DNA from: Octopus vulgaris
Taxonomy: Eukaryota
NCBI GenBank assembly: GCA_951406725.2
Contig: OX597815.1
Coordinates: forward strand, 29,450,001 to 29,514,000
Direction of reading: 5' to 3'
Length of the DNA: 64,000 nt
The position numbers and the translations under genes were made by a program. The notes beneath the pieces are model-generated. The model made no database searches and was not told the origin of the DNA. It worked only from the letters and a program-made list of their open reading frames with translations. Positions 1 to 13,049 of the stretch are shown here, piece by piece (the stretch's first letter is position 1; the number at the start of each line of letters is the position of its first letter).

Positions 1-460
1 ATGTTTTAAAAAAAGATGGGTGAATGTAGCAAGGATGGTATGTATGAATGACGAAGCCACCTTGAGCATAATCCTATGAACTCAGAAATTGAAAACAGAG
101 GGTTACCCACTTGCAAACAAATGTGGCAACATGTAACAATATTGACTGAGGTTACCGTGGTCTTTTCCGTAGGCTTTTCTTCCCACGGATAAACCTTATC
201 TGCTTTCCCCTTTATACCGTACATCATGATACTGTGATACACGACCCCTATTGATCGTTTTTTTTCTTTTCCCCTTTTTTCCTTTCTTTTTTCTTCTTTT
301 TTTTTCTTTTCTTTTGTTTCTTTTCCTTTTTTTTCTTTTTTCTTCTTTCCCTTTTACGATCCCTTTTGATCGAAAACCTACCACACATTTTTTTTCTCCA
401 AAAAAAAGAAAAGCTCTACTTTGTAATCTGTCCCGTCTGTGCGGCTAATAAAGAAACATA
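1..460 (+). mobile_element. Probable 3' end of an L1/Tx1-like LINE (ORF2 C-terminus and T-rich 3' UTR)
   Basis: Frame from base 2 reads CFKKRWVNVARMVCMNDEATLSIIL* (stop at 77-79). A long poly-pyrimidine tract (256-350) and AATAAA follow, then a (TCTA/TA) tail. Clade assignment is by resemblance only. Confidence 0.4.
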
Positions 461-489
461 TCTATCTATATATAGCTTTTATTTTTTTT

Positions 490-875
490 ATTTGTTTCAG
501 TCGTTTAACTGTGGCCATGCTGGTGCAATGCCTTGAAGGGTTTTAGTTAAACAAATTGACCCAAGGACTTATTTTTTGAAGTCTAGTACTAATTCTATCG
601 GTCACTTTTTGCCAAATCGCTAAGTTATGGGGGAGGTAAAAACATCAACACTAGTTGTCAAGTGGTGGTGGTGGGACAAACACAGACACACACATATATA
701 TTCATATATATATATATATACAACAGGCTTCTTTCAGTTTCTGTCTACCAAATCCACTTTCAAGGATTTGGTTGGTCTGAGGCTACAGTAGAAGACACTT
801 ACCCAAGATGTCATGCAGTGGGACTGAACCCAAAACCATGTGGTTGAGAAGCAAGCTTCTTACCACACAGCCATG
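490..875 (-). mobile_element. tRNA-derived SINE, family A, with internal (CA/TA)n
   Basis: Minus strand starts GCATGGCTGTGTGGTAAGAAG...GGGTTCAGTCCCACTGC (A/B-box-like head). Homologous copies lie at about 8290-8600, 26430-26840, 32765-33115 and 36735-37065. Confidence 0.85.
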
Positions 876-894
876 CTTACTGCTATATATGTGT

Positions 895-929
<35 letters not shown>

Positions 930-1030
930 GTGCATGTATACTTACATGCATATACACACATGCCCCTTCACACATATATTGCAAGCTTCTACACTATTTT
1001 GGTCACCCAAATTCCTCATTAGTTAACCAA

Positions 1031-1263
1031 GGCAGCGAGCTGGCAGAAACGTTAGCATGCCGGGCGAAATGCTCAGCGGTATTTCGTCTGCCATTATGTT
1101 CTGAGTTCAAATTCTGCCGAGGTCAACTTTGCCTTTCATCCTTTCGGTGTCGATTAAATAAGTACCAGTTATGCACTGGGGTCGATATAATCGACTTAAT
1201 CCGTTTGTCTGTCCTTGTTTGTTCCCTCTGTGTTTAGCCCCTTGTGGGCAGTAAAGAAATAGG
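1031..1263 (+). mobile_element. SINE, family B
   Basis: GCGAGCTGGCAGAAACGTTAGC...GAGTTCAAATT...GCCTTTCATCCTTTCGG...AAAGAAATAG, with GTTAACC on both flanks (probable TSD). Near-identical copies at 38033 and 45353-45924. Confidence 0.9.
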
Positions 1264-2010
1264 TTAACCTGAGTCTACAGAAGAAGACAATTCAAGATGC
1301 TATGGACTGGACTGAGATCAAACCCCAAACCATATAGTTGTAAAGTGATCTTCTTGACTATATAGCCATGTCAGCACATACATAGTTTAGTTTGCAGTTA
1401 TGAAAAGCAGAGAAATAAAACTGAAGTTAGCAACAGAGGTAAGATACAGCTTCAAATACATGAATAAAGATACACAAATAAAGACAACAAACAGGCCAAG
1501 AAGAGAAATCTCTACAGACTCTTTTATAGATAACTGAGATTAAGTAATAACAGTTTAAATTTACACTGACATGAAAAATCAGAACAGTACTTAAGTATTT
1601 ACAAAAGAAGCAAAGAAAAATAAAAGGTGGGAGCAGACAATGAAGTGGGTAGAGGGAGGTAAGATACAACAATAGATATATAGAAGAGGTGTGGAATAAA
1701 ATAAATCAGGCAGTACATAGCAATCATCTTATGAAGTGTCCAATTTTTTTATATATATATACTATAGTATTGTTATTGTTGCTGTTGGTGATGACAGATG
1801 GTGGTGATGGTGAAGAGAGAGGAGAAATGGTTTTCTGTCAGTATTTCTTAATACACTTCACTAAAAATTTCTCTGTATCACTGAAGAGGGGGATGGAAGC
1901 GAAGATAAGATGAAAAAAGAGATCAAAGAGGTAATGAGGGTCAAGTGGGAGGTGTTTTACAGCTATTAAAAATATATATAAATAAGGAACCAAAGAGAAT
2001 ATGTTAAATG

Positions 2011-2069
<59 letters not shown>

Positions 2070-2612
2070 CACACATATCTATATGTATACATATATATAT
2101 ACATATATACAAATATACACACCCACACATATATTTATGCATATATAAACATGTGCATGTGTATGAATAGGCACACACATGATTGTATGGATGAGAAGTG
2201 TGCCTTGAAACCATGTGCTTTCGGGGCAAGCCTCAGCTACTACAGTGCTAGGCCAGCCAAAGCCAGTCTTGTGAGTGGGTCTGGTAAATGGAAACTGAAA
2301 GAAGCTTGTCATATGTGTGTATGTCTGTGTTTGTCTCCTTGTATTGACATAAACATACATCAATCACAGCAGTATTGGTGCTTTCAATCTTCCATGGAAA
2401 TATATATGGCCATTATGCTGTTCATACTGGAAGGACTAGGAGAAATGTTATCTTGTTTGGAAACAAGAGAGGGTTGATGACAGGAAGTATATGTGGCAGT
2501 TGGAAATCTACCTCAATAAATTTCCTCAGTCCTATGCAAGTATCGAAAAATGAGTGAAAAAATATGAAATAGACATGCGTGTACAGACATACATAGTAAT
2601 AAGTAATATATA

Positions 2613-3882
2613 TCAGGTCAATTCTTAAGTTCTGTCCAAATTTTGAATAAAGAAAACAAGTGATCAAATGTTATATTTAATTGAAATTTAATCATCAATG
2701 TACTTTCCCTGATTATCTATGACTTCCTTCCATCTATTTGTAAGATTTTTAATCCCATTAGTGTAAAACTCTTTTGGTTTCAAAGCGAAGAACTCTGAAA
2801 TGTGAGTTTCGACCTCCCCTGGCTTGCGAAAGTTATGTCCCCCAAATTATTCTGTAAACTATGAAACAAATGGTAGTCTGAAGGAGCAAGGTTGGGAGAA
2901 TAAGGTGGATGAGGAATTTTTTCCCAACCAAGCTCTTCGATCTTCTGTGATGCGATCTTTGCAGTGTGGGGTCACACATTGTCTTGATGAAACATCACTC
3001 CTTTTTGATTTACTGAAGCGGGTCTTTTTTTCTTCAAAGCTTGGTTCAAACACTCTAATTGCTGACATCAGACTTGAGCATTGATTGTTACATTAGGTGG
3101 TAACAATTCAAAGTGAATTACTCCTTTGTAATCCCACCAGATAGAGAGAAGAACCTTTTTCCCATGAAGTTCTCTTCTTGGTTGTGGTTGAGCTTTTTCC
3201 CTTTTACCAAGCCATTGTTTACGATGTTTAACACTTCGATAGAAGATCCATTTTTCGTCACCAGTCACAAATCTATCCAAAAAGAGTGAAATGAGTTCGT
3301 GAGAATGGAGAGAAGAGTAAACTCAGGATTTGTGGTAGCTTTTGGACAATTCATGAGGCATCCATTTTCCAAGTTTAGGAACCTTTCCAAGTTGTTGAAG
3401 ATGATGATGAACAGTTGTATGGTTTGAACTAAGCTTTATTGCTAATTCTTCAACTGATAATGCAGGATTTTCTTCAAGTAATGCCTCAAGGGGCTTATCA
3501 TCAAACTCAACTGGACGTCCTGTTCAATCTTCATTTTCAAGGCTGAAATCTTCACTTCGGAATTTTGCGAACCATCTTCTGCAAGTTCTTTCATTCAAGC
3601 ATTTTTTCCCATAAACTGAGTGTATGTTTGGAGTTGCTTCAGCTGCAGAGTTTCCTTTTTTGTACTCATAAAGCATTATGTGCTTCTTTGGATACTTCCA
3701 TGTTAGAAAGGGTTTTAATCAAAGAAATTTTAATTCTATTATTCTGTAAGATAATATTTAATTAGTTTAAATGTACACAAAAGCATAAAAATAATTTAAA
3801 ATTCCATTAGACATTCTAAAATACTATTAAATTTCATTCAATTTTAAAAAAATGTAAAATCTGAGAGAACTTATGGGATGAC
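2613..3882 (-). mobile_element. Near full-length decayed mariner (Tc1/mariner, D,D34D type) transposon
   Basis: Imperfect TIRs (GGTCAATTCTTAAGTTCTGTCCAAATTTT vs reverse complement GTCATCCCATAAGTTCTCTCAGATTTT) enclose a disrupted transposase. Confidence 0.9.
2688..3701 (-). pseudogene. Mariner transposase pseudogene
   Basis: MEVSKE... start, then VTGDEKWI, HGKKVLLSIWWD, GVMFHQDN and HPPYSPNLAPSDYHLF motifs, with internal stops and frameshifts. Confidence 0.92.
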
Positions 3883-6143
3883 GTTTCAACAGTAGCTCAT
3901 TCCTAAAAAGAAAGAGACATCAATATGAATAACATCTTAGAAATCCACATGTTGCATGATCTAGACCCACCAGCAACACTGATTTAACAATGTAGATAAT
4001 AAATATCATCATCATTTAACGTCTGTTCTATGCTGGCATGTGTTGGAGGGGGTGATATAATCTGATGTGTCCAAGGACAGCATTGTACTCCAATGTCTGG
4101 TTTGGTATGGTTTTTATAGCTGGATGCACTTCCTAAAATGAACCAATTTGCAGAGTGTACTGTGTGCTCTTTAAGTGGTCCCAGCATCAGCAAGGTCACC
4201 AAGTAAATTTACCTACCTATCAATTCCTGAACTGCTTCTTTATGCTTTAAAGATTGACAAGAATTTCACCTCCATAAAAAAACTTTGAAATTTGTATTAG
4301 TGCATGGTAAGATATTATTTTTTTAACAAAATTTCTGGATCAAACATAATGGTGATAAGCTACTTGATATGGTTTTGGATTGTATGATAGAGTTGAGACT
4401 TATGTTATATAGCTTAGACTCACTCCAGAAGAAGCTCCATTTTATAGATCTTGGCCTTGATAAGAACAGTTTGTTAATATCCCACAACCAGCCTCACAGA
4501 CTTATGAAAACTAAATGAAAAACTGCTATATACATATAAAGTTATCCAATTGCCCTTTCATAGTCTTAAAGAATCTAGTTAATAATATTAGATGTTTCAT
4601 ATCCAACATTTGATCTAATAAAAGAAGTATCCATCCTTATTCACATAACCAAAATACAAGCCATATATGTTTAATATAATTTGGTATAACATGAGATTCA
4701 GTTTGGGTGTGGTATTTAATATAGCAAAAATCTTTCTAAGCCTTGGGCTAGAGTAATTTTCAATTAGTCACATGTACCATAATATTTTAAACAAGGTTTC
4801 TTTGAAATTTAGTAACAGCTGCTCAGTTTCAACAATTTAATCTCAAGTATTGATTGAAGAAATCATTACACTCTTCTATTAAATATGCAATTGTACCAAA
4901 CTCAATTCATGTCCACTCAGTAGCAAATGTTCCAGCAAAGAGTTGATGCACTGCATTTGGTAGACCACAGTGAATGTATTTATATAGATTTAACAGAACA
5001 TAATTTTAAGAATAGTTATACACAACACATGTATTCCTTTAGACACTTGAAGAAAAGCAATTCAACCTTTTTATCACATCATGTCTGGAGACCAAAAGAT
5101 GAACTCATTATGAATTTTCTGATACTGTAGCCAGTGGTTGAGTTAGCAGTTCTAGATGATGCAACTTTAGCAATTTGTAATTGTTCATCCCCATCCAATT
5201 TATCAAATTGTAAGAATGAGCTAATTATAAAATGTTATCAAAATAAGTATGTACTACAGAATTTTATTCTACCTAGGTACTTAATATAGTATCTTTTTAT
5301 GTGTAGAATTTCCTGGAAATTCTTTGAAGATTTTGGGTTTTCCCCACCTTTTTTAAGTACTTTGAATATTTAAAGTTCTCTTTCCTAATATGCATCTTTA
5401 TGATCAAAGTTTTCTGTAAGCTAATTTTCAGACATTATATCAAAAGTACAGTGCCAGGAAATTGTATACTTTTTGGCAAAGAGGAATATTCTTTTCTAAA
5501 CATTTGAAAAAAAAAAAAAAAAATTGTTTAGCATATTATTTTATTGTACTAGTTCAGACCCACTATTTCATTTGTACTGTTAACATGTATATTTTTTCTT
5601 TATTCTCTTTTACATTTTCTTTACCTTTTTGTACCTCTATTTTTTCCTTCTTCAGCTTTCATGTATCAATGCGTGAGTTTATTTTTCCTTTAACATTTAC
5701 TTTTCTTCTCTTGCCCTCTATATACTCTTATTTTTTCTTTTCTCCAGAGATATATGTGCACCTTTCAATATTTGATTCTCACAGACAAATATATATTCTA
5801 ATGTAATATTTGCAGACATATGTCAATTTTCTTTTCTACGAATTTTCTATAACTTTTTCTTTTTCTCTTTTAAGCAAGTCTTTCATTTTTTACTTCTTTT
5901 CAGCCAACCACTTCCTCTTAGAATTATGTGTGTTTTAAAATTCGTTATCAATGAATGGAATTTTTAAATTTTAATTTTTAGAATTTTAAAATTTACGAGT
6001 TTCATTTTGATCAGAATTATATTATATGTTTGCATGCTATGAAAGTTGTAATGCAAAACTCACAGTAAAGATAGTGTAAAATCTCAGGCTTAATTGTTGC
6101 TATTAACTCTATGCTATGTAGTGAATACTCTTCCCACATGTTT

Positions 6144-6180
<37 letters not shown>

Positions 6181-6344
6181 TACACACAATCATCATCTTT
6201 TTCTTTTATCATTTTGGCATCTTGCCACTTCTTTCAATAACTATTTTTGGCAAACTGCATACGGTCACTCCTGTTTATCTCCAGATAATATATCAAGTAT
6301 AAATTAATCTGAGCCCAACCCTCTATAAGCTAAGCCTACAGGAA

Positions 6345-6397
6345 GAATTGAATACACTGCTGCAAGCTTAAAAAGCTTGTAGCAGTGTATTCAGTTT
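6345..6397 (+). other. Isolated 25-bp hairpin
   Basis: GAATTGAATACACTGCTGCAAGCTT-AAA-AAGCTTGTAGCAGTGTATTCAGTTT. All three non-Watson-Crick pairs are G-U on the + strand. Confidence 0.85.
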
Positions 6398-6959
6398 GAC
6401 ACTGCTGACGGGTTGTCCAGCATTTGTGGTACATATTTAGAAAAAGAGTACTGAGGCATTTGATAGTTATGTATATTGGCCACATATACAATAATGCACA
6501 TGTGACATTATACAAACTGCTGACATCTTTACTGCTTGTTTAGCACCATATTGATTTAACCAACTGTGCTTGCATTCTGAGATATTCAGTCTGGTAAAAA
6601 ATTACTTTTATTGATCATAGTATGATGAAAGTGAAGGTTGCGCCAGATGGGGTTTTAACGACAGAACTGCTGAGTCTAGACTTCTTACCAGTAATTATCA
6701 CTCTTACCAACTCATAAGCACATTTTTCTGTTTAATCTAGTTCTCGTTTCTCCTACTTGTATCATGTCTATATAATCAGAATATTCTCATTTACAAAGAG
6801 TAGTTTAAGTCTGAATCCCAGTTACTTATTTAACTAAATTTAACTCAGTCCATCTTTCTGAATTCAGTCTCTGAGGCCTGCAAGGGTGATGAACACTGAC
6901 CTAGTTCCTAATGTAATTATTATTATCATTAAATAATAATAATAATAATAATAATAATA

Positions 6960-7092
6960 ACCAAAAAAAACCCCCCAAATATATGGCACACTAGGCATAA
7001 CAACAACGTGAACCTCCAACCTGTTGTCTCTTGAGGTCTCTGGGTGAGACTTGGAGCCAACTTGTACAGACATAAAGCAAAAGTCAAACATA

Positions 7093-7161
<69 letters not shown>
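6960..7161 (+). mobile_element. Putative R4/Dong-like non-LTR 3' tail embedded in (TAA)n
   Basis: Unique ~130-bp segment flanked on both sides by (TAA)n (6932-6960 and 7094-7161). Dong-type elements are known to target TAA repeats. Family assignment is inferred. Confidence 0.5.
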
Positions 7162-7162
<1 letters not shown>

Positions 7163-9909
7163 CATGATCTTGTGATCATGAATGCAACACCCTAACCACT
7201 GGACCAAGCATCTTCACATAATAATAATAATTGTTTTTTTGCTGCTGGGGCATCTATTAAGTGTGTGAGTGGTGGTGGTACTCCTTATGAGCAGTCTGTT
7301 GGGTATCTACTAGTCAATAGTCTGAATGATTTAGTTATCATTAAAACTAATTTTAGAAAAGCTTTGAGACAACTGTCAATTATCATGAAACAAAACAGAA
7401 ATTGGATATTGCTGTAACCCATATGCTGGACATACAAATGATAAAGATGTCAGCATCCAGCAAGAAATGTGCCCTATCTATAATATAAAGCAATGATTTT
7501 TGAATTAATCTTGAAATAAGAGGAGACCGACAGAAGAAAGACTTTTGCTGATGGAAAGCATAAATTTGAATTAAAAGCATAACTGCATGAGTTTCATATT
7601 GTAGCTGAAAGGGCTAGCAACAATTAATAGGAACATACAAAAGCTGGCCATTCTTAAAAGACAACCAGCTGCCGACATCAGTTTAAATTTGTGGTTGAGG
7701 TAGGAGTTTTGTTAGTGAATGTTAAGAAATAGTGAAGTGGGAAGAAAATATAGAGAGGAAAGAGACGACTACTTAGTGTGTGTGAGTTGTTCCATATGCT
7801 CTGAAAAGAAAATGAAAGATATTGTGCTCACAACAAATAGTTTGTGGAGATGTCAAGCGTGCACAATGATGTATTCAAAATTTGTACACGGTGAAAATGA
7901 GAAAACAGGCACAGAAATGCTATTGTTACTGGCTCCCGCAAACAGAATATCAGTGGAAGTAAGTATAATCCATATGATAAAAAGAAGGGGGGAAAAAAAT
8001 CACTTTATTAGTTTCAAACCTGCCAGAGGACATATATGTAAAGCTAACGATTAGAGTTATCAAATCTGCCCGATTCATTTGTTTCTTTCTTACAACATCT
8101 AATTTGAAAACTATTTAAAAAGCATGCTAATACTAAAAGAATAAAAGTAAAAGAATATACTTTTACTTTATATGCACTTATGTGCAATCATTTGTCTTAT
8201 CTTTGAACATAACAAAAAGACAGTTGAAGTTACATGTCAAATAAAAAAACAAAAACTTATAGACATTTTGTAGATATGGTTTTGTCTTTTATCTTTTACT
8301 TGTTTCAGTTGTTTGACTGCAGCCATGCTGGGGCACTGTCTTGAAGGGGTTTAGTTGAACAAATTGACCCCAGGACTTATTATATTTTTTAAAGTCTAAA
8401 ATTTATTCTATTGGTCTCTTTCACTGAACTGCTTAGATATAAGGATGTAAACACACCAACACTGGTTGTCAAGTACTGGTGGGAGACAAACACAGACACA
8501 TACTGACATACACACATGCATGATGATATACAGATACACAGACACAGACACACACACACACACACAAACACATACACACACACTCTCTCTCTCTTTCTCC
8601 CCATTCCTCACCCTCTTTTACTATCCTATATCTCTCCCCACCCCATCACATATTTCAGTAGGTTGAGTAACTACAAAGAAGCTTCCTTGTTGGTTTGTCA
8701 TATTGCAAATGTTTTCTAAATAATACAACTAAAAAATATAAATAATTAACAATAGAATATATTTTCTAAAATCTTAAAAGAATCACTTTCAATGTTTGAT
8801 ACATATTAAATGGTCCTAAAATTTTGGATATTGCATAAATTGCTGTAGTAAGTGTTTTACACAAGAACAACATTTCGAACATTCTTCTTTTAAGTAAAAG
8901 ATACAATACTAGTGAGTGGATTATGAATTATCTTTGCAGATCAACAAACCTGTACCTTAACATTTGGCTATTGTAGTGTCTAATGTTATTTAATAAATGT
9001 ACAAGAAATTAATTGAAATATCTTAGGGTGGTATTCTTTTTAGATATTGAACTAGAATTGCTATGAATAATGTGGTGTTTTTTAGTAATGCTAAACAAAC
9101 AGAAACAATCTCTCTGTTTCAGTTTTCTAAAAGACATTTTATCTGTCTGGACATAGTAATGGTTTCTCTTTATTACTGCAGCAAATCTGATACATTTTCT
9201 TTCTTTCTTTCTTTCTTTTTTTGTTTATAAAATACAAGAATAGAAGTTGCCTATAAAATATCAAGTTTAGGGTTGAAGTGGAACATTATTCAAATCTGTT
9301 AACCTTCACATTTTTAGTGGCATAGAGAGAATAAAACTCTTACCATCACAACTGCTATCATTGTCCATTCACCCACCCCACTCTCACATATATGTATCTC
9401 ACCATCGGTTAGCACCTGTGTTCTATGCTGGCATGAGTAGGACTGTTTGATAGGGAACTGGTAACCTCCAGGGCTGTGTTCAGCTCCAATATCATCTTTG
9501 ACATGCTTTCTATGGCTATATGCCCTTCCTAATGTCACCCACTTTACAGAGTGTACTGGGTGCTTTTTATGTCCCACTGGCGCTAGTGAGGATGCGATGT
9601 AACTTGCAAGACAAAAGAACAGAAAAAGAAAATGGAGAAAGCTCCCACAACTAAAAGGAAGTATATGGAAGAAGTTGGATGTGGGTAGCTGTGTGTCTGT
9701 GCGTGTCTATATACAACAAAAGCAATGTGATCAAAGACATTTCTTTGTCATATGCCTCTAAATATAACAATAGCCCTCCACACAAAACAGATTCAAAAGA
9801 TTATGAAAAATTCAGATACTTCACATGTGGACTACATTCATTTACACAGCTGGACTATTAATGAAATATAAACAAAACTGATTTATTTTTTCATAGTAAT
9901 GAATATATG

Positions 9910-10190
9910 TTAGTTTGTTAAGATCTTTTTGTTTACTAAATACTTCATTACCTTGCATAAAACAAATAAATCCAGAACCTTGCATAGAATATATATTACA
10001 AGAATCATTATTTCTAACATTACATTTATTCCTTTCTTAAAGATGGCAGTAACATATTTGTCTTTAGAATACTGTGTTACCTCTAAGAGAATAACTGAGT
10101 TTAAAAATAGATGTACCAATGGATGTATTCCCAACGGCTTTTCACTGAGATATTTTCCAATGCTGCATAATTGCCAACTTCTATAATTTA
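9910..10190 (-). mobile_element. Decayed CR1/L2-like LINE reverse transcriptase fragment
   Basis: Translation VTAIFKKG...ILCKVLD...KVMKYLVNKKIL resembles the vtPifKkG...cKvlE region just upstream of CR1-type RT motif 1. Confidence 0.6.
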
Positions 10191-10354
10191 CTAATATGAA
10201 TTAAGAATTTAATTTGAGAAATATATATATATATATATATATATGCATAATTTGGAACTGATAAAATTTCAAAGGCCTCACAGAGCTTCGCATAAGAATG
10301 AATCAGTAAACATTGATGGTTGGAGGACACATATTATGAAAATAGTTATTTTTA

Positions 10355-10770
10355 AGTGACTGAGACCTTTGGCGATATGCTGTGCTTGAGAAGACCCATG
10401 AAGCCAAGTGAAATTGTGACCATGGCCAATGCCAGTGTCACATAACTGGCACCCGTGCCGGTAGCACATAAGAAGCACCCTTTGAACGTTGGGCCTCACA
10501 GAAGCAATGATAAGTGAGTGAGACTTCTGGTGAAGTCTCAGTCACTTATATGCCGTGCCTGAGAAGATCCATCAAGCCAACTGAAGTCATAGTTATGGCC
10601 AAAGCTGGTGTCACATAAAAAGCACCCATTACCCTCTTGGAGTGTTTGGTGTTAGGAAGGGCATCCCAAACCATGCCAAATCAGATTGGAATCTAGTTCA
10701 GTCCTCCAGCTTACCAGTTTCAGTTAAACCATCTAACCCATGCCAGCATGGAATGATGATGAGGATGATG
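10355..10770 (+). mobile_element. 5'-truncated RTE LINE 3' end
   Basis: GACCTTTGGCGATATGCTGTGCTTGAGAAGACCC matches the ORF end of the element at 61840-61875, followed by the shared 3' UTR and (GAT)n tail. Confidence 0.85.
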
Positions 10771-12235
10771 ATCTATTTAGGTTTTCTAAATCCTTGCTCA
10801 AAGAGACACAATGAGTGTGATGAAGATACTGTGAGATGAAGTACACACAACATTGATTATTCCAGTTTTGGTTGAGCGGACATAATAAACGCTCCTGAGC
10901 GACTAACAGGTAAGGCATCCAGTTATATAACATATAACCATTCGACATAACCAAGCATGGAAAATGAATAAAGTTCATTAAAAGAAAACACTAAATTTAT
11001 AGTTTGGAATAAAATAAAAATCAGTTAATATGCATATAAATTCTAGGAATTAAACAACTTCAAGCATCTCATCTATGAAATAGAGAAAAATGTGCTTTTT
11101 TTGTTTTTGAATTTTAGATAATTGGTATTAGGCATATTCAAATAGGAGATAATGACTGCAGAGATTATGCAAACTAACAAATACTTATCAATATTACAAT
11201 ACCTTCCTCCAACTGATTACATGGTATATATTTACAGGGACACATTACAATACTGGTAATGGGATATGAATCAATAGCTTTACTCAGGGGATTGGCACTT
11301 ATTCAATTTTTGCAGATTGTGATGATTTTTTAGAAAAAAAATATTTTGAATTGTTGTGGGGAAAGGGTAAGTCCAGCAATTTAGCCACTAAACTATTTCT
11401 TCACTACCACCACTGCCGTCACCACCACTACTGCTGCTACTGCTGCTACTACTACTACTACTACTGCTGCTACTGCTGCTTTGTTGTTGTTGTTATTGTG
11501 GTTAAGCAACAAGACGGGTAAGGGTGATTAGGTGATGGTCTAGGGCTTAAGGGCGGGAGACCCCAGACCTTGGAAAAAAAAAACTTTGGTTGTCTTGTTG
11601 TAGTCGAGGGCTCTCCGTTGACACCCGACACCACTAGCAGGTGGCCCTCGAAGTTGCTGGAAATGGAGATCTTCAGGTCCAAATTCTTGAACGGCTGCTG
11701 CTGCCACTATCACTATTTTACATCTACTTTTCATGTTATGAAGCAGTCCGGGGTCACCAGAATCCATTTTAGCTCTTATATAGAGTAACTACCTTCCTAG
11801 ATGGGTTGGATCCAATTCCTTATTTGTACATTTATTTTGGTATGGTTTCTACAGCTAGGTATTCTTTCTAGTGCCAACCATTTCACAGTGTACTGAGTGC
11901 ATTTTTATTGTGGTACCAGCAAGAGTAAAAAGTTTGTTTTACTCAATATTGTCACTGTTTGTTGAAGGTGGATGGCAAAGGTGAAGAGGAAAGTGATGAA
12001 AGAGAGAGAGTACCAGAGTGAAAGGAGAGAGAGGGCAGTAGAGGAGCAAGCAAAGGAGGAGAGACATTGATAGACAGTTACATGTTAGTTCTTGGTAAGG
12101 AGATTAATTAGAAAAACAGTATGAGTAGTGCGATGAAAGAAGAGGAGTGATTGGTGGGAGGCAGGGTGATAGAAGGAGTAATGAAAGGAAGGAAAAGTGA
12201 TGTATGTCAACAATGAGTGCTAGAAAGGGTCATTA

Positions 12236-12242
<7 letters not shown>

Positions 12243-12312
<70 letters not shown>
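12243..12312 (+). repeat. (AG)n microsatellite
   Basis: Perfect GA dinucleotide run. Confidence 0.98.
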
Positions 12313-12317
<5 letters not shown>

Positions 12318-12781
12318 TTGATTATTTTATATCTAGCTTTCCCTCGGCTCATTTGTGCTCCCATACAGCATCCTCACTTTATTTCTTTTAAGCCTTTGCA
12401 AATCCTTCCCTTCAGAGTCCATGCCTCTCTACCATACAGCATCATGAAATCTGTCTTTCAATCAGATAGAGACTCATCTTGTTACCACTGCTGAAGTAAT
12501 AGCTTTTCTCATGCATTCTTATTGTTTACTATGCTTTTAGAACTCATTCCCACTAATTAGGTTGCCTAGGTAAAAAAAAAAAAGCTATAAACTACGTCTA
12601 GAGAACTTTGTGGATATTTGAAAGAATCTATTTCATGTGTACTTTTACTGCTGACTCCACTTTGTGTATCTGTCATATATGAAATCTACCTTCTCTGCCG
12701 TCCTAATGGTGATCTCATTATAACTCTTGCATGTTCATAGTGTAAATATGGTATTTCTACCAGCTCTTCCTTTTAGCATAT

Positions 12782-13043
12782 TGTGCCGGTGGCACGTAAA
12801 AAGCACCATCCGTCCGTGGCCGTTTGCCAGCTCCGTTTGGCACCTGTGCGGGTGGCATGTAAAAAGCACCCACTACACTCACGGAGTGGTTGGCGTTAGG
12901 AAGGCCATCCAGCCGTAGAAACACTGCCAGATCAGACTGGGCCTGATGCAGCCTTCTGGCTTCACAGACCCCAGTTGAACCGTCCAACCCATGCTAGCAT
13001 GGAAAGCGGACGCTAAATGATGATGATGATGATGATGATGATG
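12782..13043 (+). mobile_element. RTE 3'-tail copy, young
   Basis: TGTGCCGGTGGCACGTAAAAAGCACC...GGAGTGGTTGGCGTTAGGAAGG...CCCATGCTAGCATGG...(GAT)n, the same tail as 62200-62400. Confidence 0.9.
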
Positions 13044-13049
13044 AGTACA

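Noticed and set aside
196-448. Poly-Lys/Arg and poly-Phe ORFs
   Set aside because: They are translations of a T-rich low-complexity tract on either strand, not genes.
820-875. tRNA-like A/B boxes at SINE heads (also near 28000 and 45130)
   Set aside because: They continue into repeat bodies and lack a complete cloverleaf, so they are SINE promoters rather than tRNA genes.
808-2477. ORFs with HTHTHT, YIYIYI and SLSLSL or ERERER runs, here and throughout the window
   Set aside because: They are microsatellite and SINE read-through with no domain signal.
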